The notes: generated by a model not told the origin, from the letters alone. Positions 1 to 11,760 are shown, counted from the stretch's first letter. The stretch: 64,000 bases of DNA from Rhodosorus marinus CCMP1338 (GCA_029953675.1 JAMWBK010000004.1:868001-932000); one strand, 5' to 3'. Numbers and translations are program-made.

Positions 1-2
1 CA

Positions 3-1100
3 AGCCATGCCACGGTGTTTGTGAAAGCTCGAGGATCATGGACGGACAAGCTGCTGGTGAAGGTGCCAGAGGTCGGGGAGACCGTGGATATGAAATTGCA
101 CGTAGAAGGTCCATTCGGAACTCGAGCAAAGACGTACCTCCATTCTGAGGCGATGGCTATAATGGGAGCCGGGACTGGAATATGTGCGGTGCTGCCTTAT
201 GCGTTCCAGTACTCTCTAACGCATCCCGACCGCAAAGTGACTGTTGTTTGGATCGCAAGGTGTGTAGAGGACGTAGCGTGCTATCCAGAGCTCTACCATA
301 TGTGCAAGTACCTCGAGAAGAAGGGCAATTTTGATCTGAAGATGCATTTGACGCGGGAAGAGAGCACTCCTCCTGAGGTTATTGAAGTCGGAGACGAGAC
401 TGAGGTGAACCTGTTGCAGGAGGTGGAGGAGCAGATCAGCAGAGATGAGTCTTCCAACGGCGAGAAGCAGAGTCCCAGGGAGGGTCTTAATGATGAATCC
501 GTATCGTCGGGAGGGGACGTGCGTTCGACCTCCTTCGGAACGGAGAAATTGATTGAGGAGAACAGGCAGAAGGCTGCAGTCTACGGCTACTACGGGGCGA
601 TGACTCTCATTGTTGCGGTGTTTGGCGTTGGACTGTTCTCTTTCTTCTGGCCGAGAGCGCTTCAAAATGAAGAAGATATCCCGTGGGATATCTGTGATAT
701 ATGGCAACGTGAGAACCCGGAAACCGGGGAGATAGCTGTACCTACCCTGAGCGCGTACGAGATGTTCTCATGCTTTTATTGGCAGGCTATGACGATGACG
801 ATATCAGTATTGATGGGCACGCTTGCCGGTGCAGTTGTGGTGCTGGCATATCCGTTCTTTGTCCAGAGGATGGAGAGTAAGCAGAACTTTGAACCTCCAG
901 CGAGCCTTACAAGATCTGAAGTAACCACTCAGTGGATCGTCGGCCGACCGAATATCGAGGAGTACCTGGACGAGTTCAACGAACAGGCGGAATCAACATC
1001 AGTTATGGCCGCTGGACCGGAAAGGCTCGTTATCCAGATCGAGAACATGGTCGCTAAGCGCCACAGAATCGAGTTTACGAGGGAGTCCTGGAAGGTTTAG
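3..1100 (+). CDS. Ferric reductase (FRO/FRE-like flavocytochrome), C-terminal part; 5' end lies outside the window
   Basis: Open frame from the window edge. NAD-binding motifs VEGPFG and GAGTGI, two late hydrophobic segments, C-terminal MAAGPERL...FTRESWKV. Near-identical to 6202-7299, whose upstream part holds the haem-binding TM domain and FAD motif WHPFSI. Confidence 0.85.
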   Translation, partial: SHATVFVKARGSWTDKLLVKVPEVGETVDMKLHVEGPFGTRAKTYLHSEAMAIMGAGTGICAVLPYAFQYSLTHPDRKVTVVWIARCVEDVACYPELYHMCKYLEKKGNFDLKMHLTREESTPPEVIEVGDETEVNLLQEVEEQISRDESSNGEKQSPREGLNDESVSSGGDVRSTSFGTEKLIEENRQKAAVYGYYGAMTLIVAVFGVGLFSFFWPRALQNEEDIPWDICDIWQRENPETGEIAVPTLSAYEMFSCFYWQAMTMTISVLMGTLAGAVVVLAYPFFVQRMESKQNFEPPASLTRSEVTTQWIVGRPNIEEYLDEFNEQAESTSVMAAGPERLVIQIENMVAKRHRIEFTRESWKV

Positions 1101-4100
1101 GAGGTATTTGGAGGCCGCGAGAATTCGGGTTTAGATATTAACACTACTCAATTCTCCATAGCAACTTAACCGGTTTTCCTTCTCTTTGCGACACCTGCGT
1201 GCCTTGTTCGAGCGTTTCAAAGTAAAGAGAATACCAGCAATACGTCGATCGTCGCATGAGCGCTTTGTCCCAGTTCAGTTCAGTTTGAAACGATGGGCAT
1301 ATTTACTTTTACGTGTAGTCGGATTATATTTAGAAAAAGTAGCCATCCACAAATAATTATAATTCAGAAATAGCTCCTGAATCTCCATTTTGTGACCGAC
1401 GGATACCATTTTTTAAATCTACGCCCCGAGATTATGAACGAATTGCGGACAGTATGAGTTTCGGGCTGATCAGGGGGGAAGAGAGCTAGAAAAGTTTCAA
1501 TGAAATACGATTCGAGTTCGCCTTCAGAGCGCGAACTCGTTGCAACTGCTTCCCAACGACGCCTTTGGAGTCTACGGTTTTGGTTTTACCCGGTTATGGG
1601 CCCCCCCCATCGTTCTCCACTTGTTCTAGTGATTCTTTTGCTAAAAAATACTTTCCTAGACGCATCCGCACCGTCTGCGGATGCGTTTAGAAAAGCATTT
1701 TACTATCTTCAGCAGTACTATGGTTACAGTATGCGACATTAAACCATTCGTTCGTTCGTATTATTTCGGCTCACCGCGCTGCAAGCATGACTGTCATCCG
1801 GATGGCAGGCAGCTCAATGGCCGCCCCGACTGATTTTGTTGATTGAATCATTTGCCTTAACCCCCCAACGTACCAAAAAAAAACGATTTTGATTTATTCC
1901 AGTCCCACTCCCCCTTAAAACCACGGGTCGGTTTTGATATTGACGCGCACGACGTAATCGCCGGGGTTCGAATACGTTATAGTTGTCCCCCTCTGATCTC
2001 GTTCAGTATGTGCACCGTTGCTCTATACATCCCGGGATTTAACTTTCATGTACGCGTGCTGGTGCGAGCGTTTCCCCAAAAAAACGGAATCCGTAAAAAC
2101 TAATTTACGGATTCCACCTTCAACGCTGTACTCGTTGGCTCCTTGGCTTAATCCTCTGCACTTAACCCACCACCACCCTGTATCAATCCGCGCTTTAATC
2201 CTCTACGCTTGGCCGCAGACATCCAAAGGAAATGACACAACAATTTGGTGTATTCTGATGAAAAACTTTCAAAAAACCTGCCTGGCTATTGGGGCCCCTT
2301 ATCCGTCATATTGATTTTCCTCTAATGTATGGTAGTTTTAGCGATTAATACATAGTACATGTACTAGTACTATGGACGATTGGCTGTCAAAATGCGAAAC
2401 TGTGTACTTTTTCTTTTCTTTTTCCTTTCCAGTATATCCATTCTGTTATCGAATTGTTAGGAAGTAAGGTCTGGTCAAGCCGTTCAACCGGATACGACAA
2501 ATCTGCTATTATTTCCTGGTTTCCAACTCCTGTCCCATATTCAAACTCAAAAATGCTTGTTACCCGTTCCTATCAGTTCGCGAAAACGGCTATCCGGTAA
2601 AACAGACCAATGCGGCTGTCAGGTTGGCGGACTATGCTGAGACTAAACAGTCACGGCCAAAAGATTGAAATAAATCATTGGTTGCCGACCTAGACGAAAA
2701 GTTCCTAAAGAGCAGAGGTGGAAAGAGAAAATTCTTCCTATTCCGTGGCAAATTGGGGAGATAAGGATAACGCCCGAACTTGATTGATATCTTTCCCAGC
2801 TAATATGCACTTTGCTTAAACCCAAATGATTGAACTTAGTACATAGCAAAGAGGTTGTCCTAGACCGTCCGATAAATCTTATCGCGGATAGACTATTAGA
2901 AAACGAATAGGTGTGTCTGGTTGAAAATTCAGAGGAAAAGCCAGTCCGATTGCCCTGATCCGATAATAAACGATCAAGCGAAAAGCCAGAATGCAGAAAT
3001 AAGAAGTAGAATGATCATGCAGCAGAATTGCGAACCACGCAGTTTTTGTTAATGTCCCCCCAAAGACGAAGACATAGGCTCAATCAGTATTCGTTTGTTG
3101 AGTGAAGAATGAATCGGACGCCAATCGGTCGTTGTCTGACCATTATCGGACAAACCAAGTGCTTTTCATTTGATTCGGGTTCGATAATCTTATATCGGAC
3201 ACGAGCCCGAAGTTAAATGCTCATAACTATTACACGTAAGGTTAGGTCCTGTAAACTTCTATCGGTACGTTTGATATTTATGAAACACTATCGGACGGAA
3301 ATGAAGACCCTAAGCGTGGACACTGCCACATCCCACTTCAAGCTATGTTGTTGACGATATCGGGACAAAAAAAAATTCCTATCGTACCAGGAATAGACTA
3401 ACCTGAATAGGAAAGATATTCCCTTCTAGCAGCGGTCAGGTAACGGAGCCGTGAACTTGTGTACTGTTCATGAAATAGATGCGCATAGCACCGTTTTTTT
3501 TTGGTCCTGATGACGGAACACGAACGGCATTTTTCGTCTCGTGTTTGTCAAGTTTTATGCATGAGGGTTCCTTTGGGTACGTAGTTCTCACCTGACCCGA
3601 TTAAGGAGCCCGACGTCTCAGAAATTGTGAAGGCATATCATCGGCCCTTACAACTTCTGAGACGTCGGGAAGTTCCTCCCTGATCGCACTGTCTTTTACA
3701 AATTTTTTTACTATGTTCCCCCCTGGTGCAGTCAAATACCTCCTGACAATAAACCCATCACAACGCCTTCACTGCCCTACACTACAGAAGTCTATATTTC
3801 TCCAGCCCAGACACTGCTCACCCTATTCACTCAGCCGAGGAATCAATTGTACTCCGCATTGAAGGAATTTCTGCAATGGATAGTCAGTCAATACTAAACA
3901 ATTCAATCTCTTCTGACCAACATAATTCTATATATTTTCATTTCCAATCAACACATCAAAAATCAGTCAGTATCATATTAGTAAATAAATATTGTAAGAA
4001 GTATAAATAGAGAACGCCGTGCCGCGAGAACTCGGAGGGCGAATTCTCCTTTCTCTTGGTGTTGAATGTCTTGGGCAACAGATTGCCTTACCCAGGCGAA

Positions 4101-4832
4101 ACTCAATCTGTGATTTGAATCGCGTCGAGGTAACCTTTCAGAACGCCAGGGGGAATGCGCTGTTCTACCGACTTCCTTCCTCCGTGCGTCCCGCCGCGCC
4201 CCCCCACGACTCCCTCTCCCCACCCCCTTCACCTCCTCCCAGTGCTTCAGCCTCTCTTTCATTCCCTTTCAAGGGAAGTGTGCTGCTGTAGTGATGGGTG
4301 GGTAAAGCTTTGGCGATGCCGCGTTGGTCGCGATAGGGGGATTGACTGGGCCGGGCTTTACTAGCTATTGACTTGCAGTCTCACTTACCCAAGGGTGTGT
4401 CCCGGAGAATTTTGCTTCTGTCCGGGGTATCAACAATATATTCATCGGATCTATCGGAGCTCGTTTGTTTTTTTTAGTTTTTGAATTATCCACGATCACA
4501 TGTGGATACTTGGCAGTTATTCCGATACATAGCTCGGACGCGGAAAGCTCCGTGTCCTATGTTGGATCAATCGATATGCGTCGATATGTATCCCCTTATC
4601 GCTCAGGATATGCATTTGTCGTTTGACACGAGTAAGTACCACTAGAACAACTTCCACTGTTTAATACAAAAGGCATTGCATGGGGAAATAGACTTGGCGG
4701 GGATGCGTCGAGTCTCGAGCGAACGTTGGCCTTTAGTTGGTGGATCCAATAGTTGCTAGTAGTGTACTGGGCTTAGTGGGGAAGAAGAAGTTTCGGAGAT
4801 TGGATTCAGAACTCTTGACTCGTTCGGACTCA

Positions 4833-7299
4833 ATGGCATATCAAACGCAGGTTGTTAGCACTCCGCAGCCTATCGGGGGCTACTGGAGGACAACAGCTCG
4901 GCTGGGAGTTGTATTTCTGACACTGTTGATGTTCTCGTTCGCTGTATCTCACCGATTGTGGAAAGGAGGATCTTGACGTGAGAAAGACCAAGAATCCGGC
5001 GAAGGCGTCTACTTCACAAATCCCGACCCGCATCTGTGGGGAGGTTCGCTGTGGTGGGATGTCCTGTACACATGCTGTTTGTGGACCCCCCTCGGTCTTA
5101 TTGCCTTAGTTGTAACTTCCGTGGACCGCAGCGGTGACAACCTAACGCTGGAGGCTCTTGATGAGAATCTGAAGGATACGAACAAGTCTGAGAGAATCCT
5201 CAGGGACCTTCAGGCAAGAATCTGGAAGCAGCGATTCGTCGTTGGAAAGAGTTGGTATCGGACTACGTGGAGCTGGGGTGACCTTATCGCAACCTTCATC
5301 CTCGTCACGGCAAACCTGATCTGGGGATTGTTCGGGTATTTGAAAGCGGTGAACGAGCACCGGCATCACCTGGAAATGATCACGGGTCGAAAAGAATACA
5401 TGCTCACGCTTACCTATTACTGGGCCTACTTAGCCGGTACGCCGCCCCCGTCCGCAGCTTGTTCACACATCATCCTACGCGTTCCCTTTCCCCTTCTCTC
5501 GACGTTTTTGCTCAACACCTTAGCTCCTTTCGTTTTTTCTTGTTTTTTAGCATACGCTGGGATGTTCGACGCCGGGGCGGCGATACTGTTTACGCTGCGT
5601 GAGAACCACTTGATTAGAACGACGATGGGTCCCGAGGGAGGTCAATACTTCCACGGGATTAAGTATCACATCGGGTTGGGATATCTCACCTTCGCTATTC
5701 TGACAGTACATTCCTTTGTCATCCTGGGTCTCGAAATGTATTATAGCGATTACGACACCTACCATGTGCTGAACCCCACCGCTGGATGGTTGGGACATAC
5801 AGATTTTTGGGGACTCCTGGCTTGGATTGCCCTCGCGCTTATGGTAGTTGGGTCGTTGTGGGCCGTTCGTCGATGGAACTATAGGGTGTTCTACTGGTCG
5901 CATCAGCTGTACATCGTGTTCTTTTTCGCGGCAGCTGTTCATTTTCCAACCGCGATCTACCCCATCGTCGGGGCGCTGCTCTACTTCTCCCTGGACCGAC
6001 TCGCGCCTTATCTCAACTTCGCGAGAGGAGTTACCGGGAAAGCCACTCGAGTTGCTGAAGAAATTATCAGAGTTGACGTCCCGCTGGTTCGCCTTGTGAA
6101 CCAGGAGTACGCGCCGGGAGACTGGTACAACCTCAGAATCCCATCTGTCAATTTGATCAACTGGCATCCATTCAGCATAGGGTCGTTTTACCGGAACACG
6201 CCAAGCCATGCCACGGTGTTTGTGAAAGCTCGAGGATCATGGACGGACAAGCTGCTGGTGAAGGTGCCAGAGGTCGGGTAGACCGTGGATATGAAATTGC
6301 ACGTAGAAGGTCCATTCGGAACTCGAGCAAAGACGTACCTCCATTCTGAGGCGATGGCTATAATGGGAGCCGGGACTGGAATATGTGCGGTGCTGCCTTA
6401 TGCGTTCCAGTACTCTCTAACGCATCCCGACCGTAAAGTGACTGTTGTTTGGATCGCAAGGTGTGTAGAGGACGTGGCGTGCTATCCAGAGCTCTACCAT
6501 ATGTGCAAGTACCTCGAGAAGAAGGGTAATTTTGATCTGAAGATGCACTTGACGAGGGAAGAGAGCACTCCTCCTGAGGTTATTGAAGTCGGAGACGAGA
6601 CTGAGATGAACCTGTTGCAGGAGGTGGAGGAGCAGATCAGCAGAGATGAGTCTTCCAACGGCGAGAAGCAGAGTCCCAGGGAGGGTCTTAATGATGAATC
6701 CGTATCGTCGGGAGGGGACGTGCGTTCGACCTCCTTCGGAACGGAGAAATTGATTGAGGAGAACAGGCAGAAGGCTGCTGTCTACGGCTACTACGGGGCG
6801 ATGACTCTCATTGTTGCGGTGTTTGGCGTTGGACTGTTCTCTTTCTTCTGGCCGAGAGCGCTTCAAAATGAAGAAGATATCCCGTGGGATGTCTGTGATA
6901 TATGGCAACGTGAGAACCCGGAAACCGGGGAGATAGCTGTACCTACCCTGAGCGCGTACGAGATGTTCTCATGCTTTTATTGGCAGGCTATGACGATGAC
7001 GATATCAGTATTGATGGGCACGCTTGCCGGTGCAGTTGTGGTGCTGGCATATACGTTCTTTGTCCAGAGGATGGAGAGTAGGCAGAACTTTAAACCTCCA
7101 GCGAGCCTTACAAGATCTGAAGTAACCACTCAGTATCGTCGGCCGACCGAATATCGAGGAGTACCTGGACGAGTTCAACGAACAGGCGGAATCAACATCA
7201 GTTATGGCCGCTGGACCGGAAAGGCTCGTTATCCAGATCGAGAACCTGGTCGCTAAGCGCCACAGAATCGAGTTCACGAGGGAGTCCTGGAAGGTCTAG
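4833..7299 (+). pseudogene. Ferric reductase (FRO-like) paralogue disrupted by three lesions
   Basis: ATG 4833. In-frame TGA 4974-4976. TM domain with His ligands (HIGLGY, VHSF, WSHQLY, AVHF) and WHPFSI. TAG 6279-6281 where copy 1 has GAG. 2-nt deletion near 7134 (CAGTATCG versus CAGTGGATCG). Native stop TAG 7297-7299. Confidence 0.85.
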
Positions 7300-7537
7300 C
7301 AGGTACTTTTGGAGGCCGCGAGAATTCGGGTTTAGATATTAACACTACTCAATTCTCCATGGTCACCTTAACCGGTTTTCCTTCTCTTTGCGACACCTAC
7401 TTGCCTTGTTCGAGCGTTTCAAAGTAAAGAGAATACCAGCAATACGTCGATCGTCGCGTGAAACGCTTGTCCCAGTTCAGTTCGAAACTCTGTTCCGAAA
7501 CGTCATCAAAATAACTACCTTCGTCTCAATCAAGACT

Positions 7538-7899
7538 AGTCGTTATCTCCCGGCTGCGGGGGAGCGCCGTGGATCTGCCGCCGCCAGCATGAGACGCCGC
7601 AAAGAGATCAAATACGCGGGGGCTTTGTCTTCCCCTGGTGTTCGTGCTTCGGCACTAGCACATCGCTTGGTACCCCTGATCATTGAGTGCTTTGGGTTCA
7701 TGGACTCTGTTGGTTCTCGCTGGCTTCGGGAGTTGTTCCGCGAACGCCCTGACCGTCTTCAATCGTTGTTTACCCGCTTAAGTTTCCTGCTGTGGCGCAT
7801 GAATGCCGCTTTGATGTTGGAGGCGCGAGTACTTCGCCGCGCTTAGTCTTTTTTTCCCCTCGGGGTTTTTTTTTCAGCCTCCGATTAAACCATTCATTC
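7538..7899 (+). mobile_element. Family A RT/RLE non-LTR retrotransposon, 5'-truncated 3' end with 9-bp TSD
   Basis: Encodes the family A C-terminus (...LVPLIIECFGFMDSVG...LEARVLRRA*), 3' UTR and TTC(A/G) tail. ATCAAGACT at 7529-7537 and 7900-7908. Confidence 0.9.
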
Positions 7900-8200
7900 A
7901 TCAAGACTCAGCACCCAACACCATTCCAAGGAAAAAAATTAATCATATATTAATAAAAATATCTCTATATGAATACAACATAGTTAGTTTTAGGTGAATC
8001 GGAGTATATTTAGAAAATATAGCCCACAAATAAACTCGAATTCAGAAGTAGGTCCTGAATCTTCAATTTGTTACCCACGGGTACCATTTTTTAAACCTAC
8101 ATCCCAATTACGCACCTAATCATTATATTGAAGGAATGTGAGTAATCTCAGACTGAAAGAAAAAAGCCCAAGGGGAAGAAAATGACTGATTGCGGCGAGG

Positions 8201-8760
8201 TGTTTAATCGGAGACTGAAAGAAAAAACCCCGAGGGGAAAAAAAAGACTAAGCGCGGCGAAGATCGCGCGCCTCCAACATCAAAGCAGCGTTCAGACGCC
8301 ACTCACGCAAGGAACTTAAACGGGTAAACGAGGACAGACGGTCAGGGTGTTTCGCCGAACAATTCCCGATGCCATTGAGAACCAACGGAATCCATAAACC
8401 CAAAGCACTCATGACCAGAGGTACCAGGCGATGAGCTAGAGCCGAAGCACGAATCCCTGGGGAAGACACAAGACCCCCGCATATTTCAACTCTTTGCATA
8501 TTGGCAGGCGGCAAATCTACAGCGCTCTCCCGCAGCCAGCAAACAGCGACCAGCCTGAGGATTAGGAACAGCAAGATCAACGTGCATCGTACGTCGGCTA
8601 TCGTCACAGCTGACCACGAGGTCAGCAACAGGGAGTTCATCATTCTGATAGTCTGCGACAGGCAGGGGCTTCTCACGTTCAATTTCAAGACCGGCTTGCC
8701 GTACGATAGGTCGAAGTTCGCGGTATAACAGGCTCAAGATCCGCGTATGTCGTTGCAACA
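8201..8760 (-). mobile_element. Family A 3' fragment, older and degraded
   Basis: Reverse complement of the A 3' UTR and RLE region (ADLVVSCDDSRRTMHVDLAVPNP) with frameshifts. A further degenerate tail lies at about 8150-8185. Confidence 0.85.
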
Positions 8761-10112
8761 TTGGGCTTGTGACATTGGAAGGTAATTGGCAATTACCGGT
8801 AATACCGAGGGTAAATATTTCGAGGGTCTTTGTGGTAATCCCGACAATTACGGGCCGCCTTAGTGGAAAAATCGACTTTTTTCACCTCCCAAACGGTAGC
8901 GAAGGACCTTCGGAAGGTTAACCTTTTTTGTTGGAAGTTTTGGAGCGTTTTTGACGAGTTTATTCATCTGGTTTAGACGCGCGAGGCGCTGCACTGCATG
9001 CTACCGACTGTGAATTAAGAACTTTTGACTTTGGCGGGCTGAGTTGTTTCATTCTTGACGGGTTTCTCACATGGGTGAGTGAAAATTTTGTATGAGGTAG
9101 TTAGAGTGCGATTTGAAAGACTTCACGGCGTCTCCTTCAAGAAGGGCCTCGTCGTCCTTGGCAAAAGTTTTGAGAGCTTGACTCTTCCCCGCACCATCAT
9201 CATCTGTACCTGGGTCGTAGGTGTGCTCCAGCCTGTAGTTGCCCGCGGATCTTTCAGATTCATCGACAGATTCATGGTCAGATTCATGGTCAGATTCATC
9301 GTCAGCTTCATCAGACTCAGCACCATCGTCGGCAATATTTATCGTGGGGACAGAATCATGTTCCCGAGCAACACCTCCCGACATGCTTTCGTTGGACAAC
9401 CTCTCCGATCCTTACGCTGGTGAGGTTACCCGCTTGTAGTAAGCCGTTGGGGTTCCACTTTCATGCTCAAGGTTGGTCTTTTCCACCCTGGGCCCAAGGA
9501 TGTAAGCCCCAGCAGAGTTGTTTCCAAGTCAGCCATGATTCGGAAGGAAACGGCCCAATCTTCAGATCAAAATTTTTGACCTGATCCCGGAGCTCCTCTC
9601 TCCAGGAACTTTTACTTGTTGCTTGCTCGCTAAACAATTTTTGGTACAGATTCTCCACGACCAAGCAAAGACAAACACGTTGTTTATGACGTGGATATAT
9701 GCCCACTCCCCTCAGGCAGGGGTCAAGCATCCAAGAAGCGTATGACACTGGACGAAGTGCGTCCATCATCCGCTTCTCTATTGCGTTTAAAAAATGGGTG
9801 GCTCGATTTTCCTTTCCGATGTTTCCGTCCTCTTTTACTATTCTTTGTTGAAGGGGCGCCGATCAAACCTGTATCAGCACCAGCCTGGTATTCCTGCGAT
9901 ATTGGTCCATTCTCTCCGCAATCTTTGCAATTCTTGCAGATTCGACCCCCGCAGGTTTGCACCCTCAATTTCAGCCCCGAATCGCGAAATTGGTGATGAA
10001 TTGAGAACCCCTCTTAAGGCGGGGCAAAACCGAGAGATGCTTCGTCGGGTCAGGCCCTCGACTCCGTTTGCAGAACAACATGTTTTTTTGCATTGAATGA
10101 AGGATTTTCATT

Positions 10113-10449
10113 GAACGAACGAATGGTTTAATCGGAGGCTGAAAAAAAAACCCCGAGTGGAAAAAAAGACTAAGCGCGGCGAAGTACTCGCGCCTCCAAC
10201 ATCAAAGCGGCATTCATGCGCCACAGCAGGAAACTTAAGCGGGTAAACAACGATTGAAGACGGTCAGGGCGTTCGCGGAACAACTCCCGAAGCCAGCGAG
10301 AACCAACAGAGTCCATGAACCCAAAGCACTCAATGATCAGGGGTACCAAGCGATGTGCTAGTGCCGAAGCACGAACACCAGGGGAAGACAAAGCCCCCGC
10401 GTATTTGATCTCTTTGCGGCGTCTCATGCTGGCGGCGGCAGATCCACGG
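10113..10449 (-). mobile_element. Family A 3' fragment, young
   Basis: Nearly identical to 7560-7899 in reverse, with (GAAC)n tail at 10113. Confidence 0.9.
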
Positions 10450-10452
10450 AGC

Positions 10453-10535
10453 AGGAATCGAACGAACGAATGGTTTAATCGGAGGCTGAAAAGGAATCGA
10501 ACGAATGGTTTAATCGGAGGCTGAAAAAAGGAATC
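10453..10535 (-). repeat. Two ~30-nt family A terminal micro-insertions separated and flanked by AGGAATC
   Basis: AGGAATC at 10453, 10492 and 10529, enclosing two copies of (GAAC)1-2 GAATGGTTTAATCGGAGGCTGAAA(A)n. Confidence 0.85.
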
Positions 10536-10927
10536 AGGGAAACCAGAAATCTGTGTTTATTTATCATTTTTATATTATTTTAAGAAATGTGTTTAGAACT
10601 CGAGAAAATCAAGTTCCGTAGGAACAGTTTGTAGCGAGACAGACAGACAGATGTCAATCTTTTGGGTCAAGTGCTGAGATTTTCTCGATATGCTTCATCC
10701 GTTAAGTGGTGGAAATGGAGAAACTATCAGAACACGTGTATGGGTCTCGGATAGCAGGGACCCCGAACGACTTGAGAACTTTCCCCCAGGAACTGTACCG
10801 AGACTGGATCCCGCTTGGCGGGCGCATTACCCTTCCACATGGCCATTTTCCGCTCATCAAAAACGTCATCCAGTTGCGAGGAGAGAGCCTCAGGTAAGCA
10901 CCCCTCACTAAGACCTCGTATTGAAAC

Positions 10928-11395
10928 CAGCGCACCTAGGGCTATGCTAGTAAAGTCCTCCGCCGGGGGGCCGCGGCTTCAGCCCTTCGAAGAGTTAAGG
11001 AACGACGGTATGCTGAGAGCATGGCCAGTCTGCCTTGCGCTGAGGGTCGCTCTCACCGGTTCCAGCCATTCATTGTGGAAAGCTTTGGTCACGTCGATAA
11101 GTCGGGTTTAGAGTGGTTGCGGAAATGTTTTGCTGAGCATCCTACTGAATATTTGGCGCTCTTGAGGCGTTTAAGTGTCTCCCTTTGGCGATATTCCAGC
11201 GACATGCTTTCCGAGGCGCGCCATCGGCGCCTGGGGTTGCATACTTCCCTCCCTAGTTATTAGTTCATCTTCACGCCTTGCGTAGCGCTTCAGGCTATGC
11301 TAGTAAAGTCCAGTAAAGTCCTTGCTAGTAAAGTCCTTGCTAGTAAAGTCCAGTCCAGTAAAGTTCTAGCATGCTAGTAAAGTCCAGTAAAGTCC
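10928..11395 (+). mobile_element. Family B RT/RLE non-LTR retrotransposon 3' fragment with expanded tail array
   Basis: Encodes ...FQPFIVESFGHVDKSGLEWLRK...HTSLPSY*, then the 3' UTR and AGTAAAGTCC repeats at 11302-11395. An extra tail piece is embedded at 10940-10958. Confidence 0.9.
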
Positions 11396-11439
11396 AGTTC
11401 AACCGCCGGATCCCAAGTAGTCAAGGCGTTGACGAAATG

Positions 11440-11760
11440 ACCATCGCCGCGGGTTGGCTTCTCGTGTTTGCACCAACAGTCAAACCACCCAACCCTGCAG
11501 CCATAGCTGGCTGGTGATGAAGGAAGCCATGATCCTCCTCCTCCAAAGCTGCAAGTCCAGCATCAAGCAAGGAACCAAAGACCTCTCGCGCTCGGGCAAG
11601 TGCAGGAAGGGCCAGCCAAGGCCTCCAATTCGGAAGGCACAGCTATCGTAGAAAGTAGTTAGCATCCGATAGGCACTACAGCGAAAGATTAGAAACGCCG
11701 CTTGCACGAACCCCTCTGGCAAGTAGACACAGATCGGCGTGAAGATGCTCGTGTTTGGCC
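11440..11760 (-). mobile_element. Degraded fragment of a CRE-like RT thumb region (family uncertain)
   Basis: ORF 11480-11722 contains AFLIFRC and RIGGLG, parallel to IALFRFC and RWGGLG in family C. Confidence 0.5.

Larger units (their letters stand above)
1..7490 (+). repeat. Tandem duplication of the FRO locus: 1-~1290 repeats at 6202-~7490 (offset 6201)
   Basis: Direct comparison shows near identity over the coding region and about 190 bp of 3' flank. Weaker similarity resumes at 1321-1425 versus 8001-8105. Confidence 0.95.

Noticed and set aside
1657-1690. GC-rich hairpin as a Helitron 3' end
   Set aside because: The stem is real (ACGCATCCGCA/TGCGGATGCGT), but CTAG abuts it rather than lying about 10 nt away, and no 5' TC end or second copy is visible.
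1739-1758. 20-nt family A tail (TTAAACCATTCGTTCGTTCG), and a similar scrap at 48661-48685
   Set aside because: Probably real micro-insertions, but too short and without TSD to list as features. Counted only informally.
5079-7256. FRO split on purpose into membrane and dehydrogenase subunits, or stop-codon readthrough
   Set aside because: Copy 1 has GAG at the equivalent codon, and copy 2 has a further stop and a frameshift. Decay is the simpler reading.
11299-11395. Interstitial telomere or chromosome end
   Set aside because: The unit is contiguous with, and derived from, the family B 3' end, and ordinary sequence continues on both sides.
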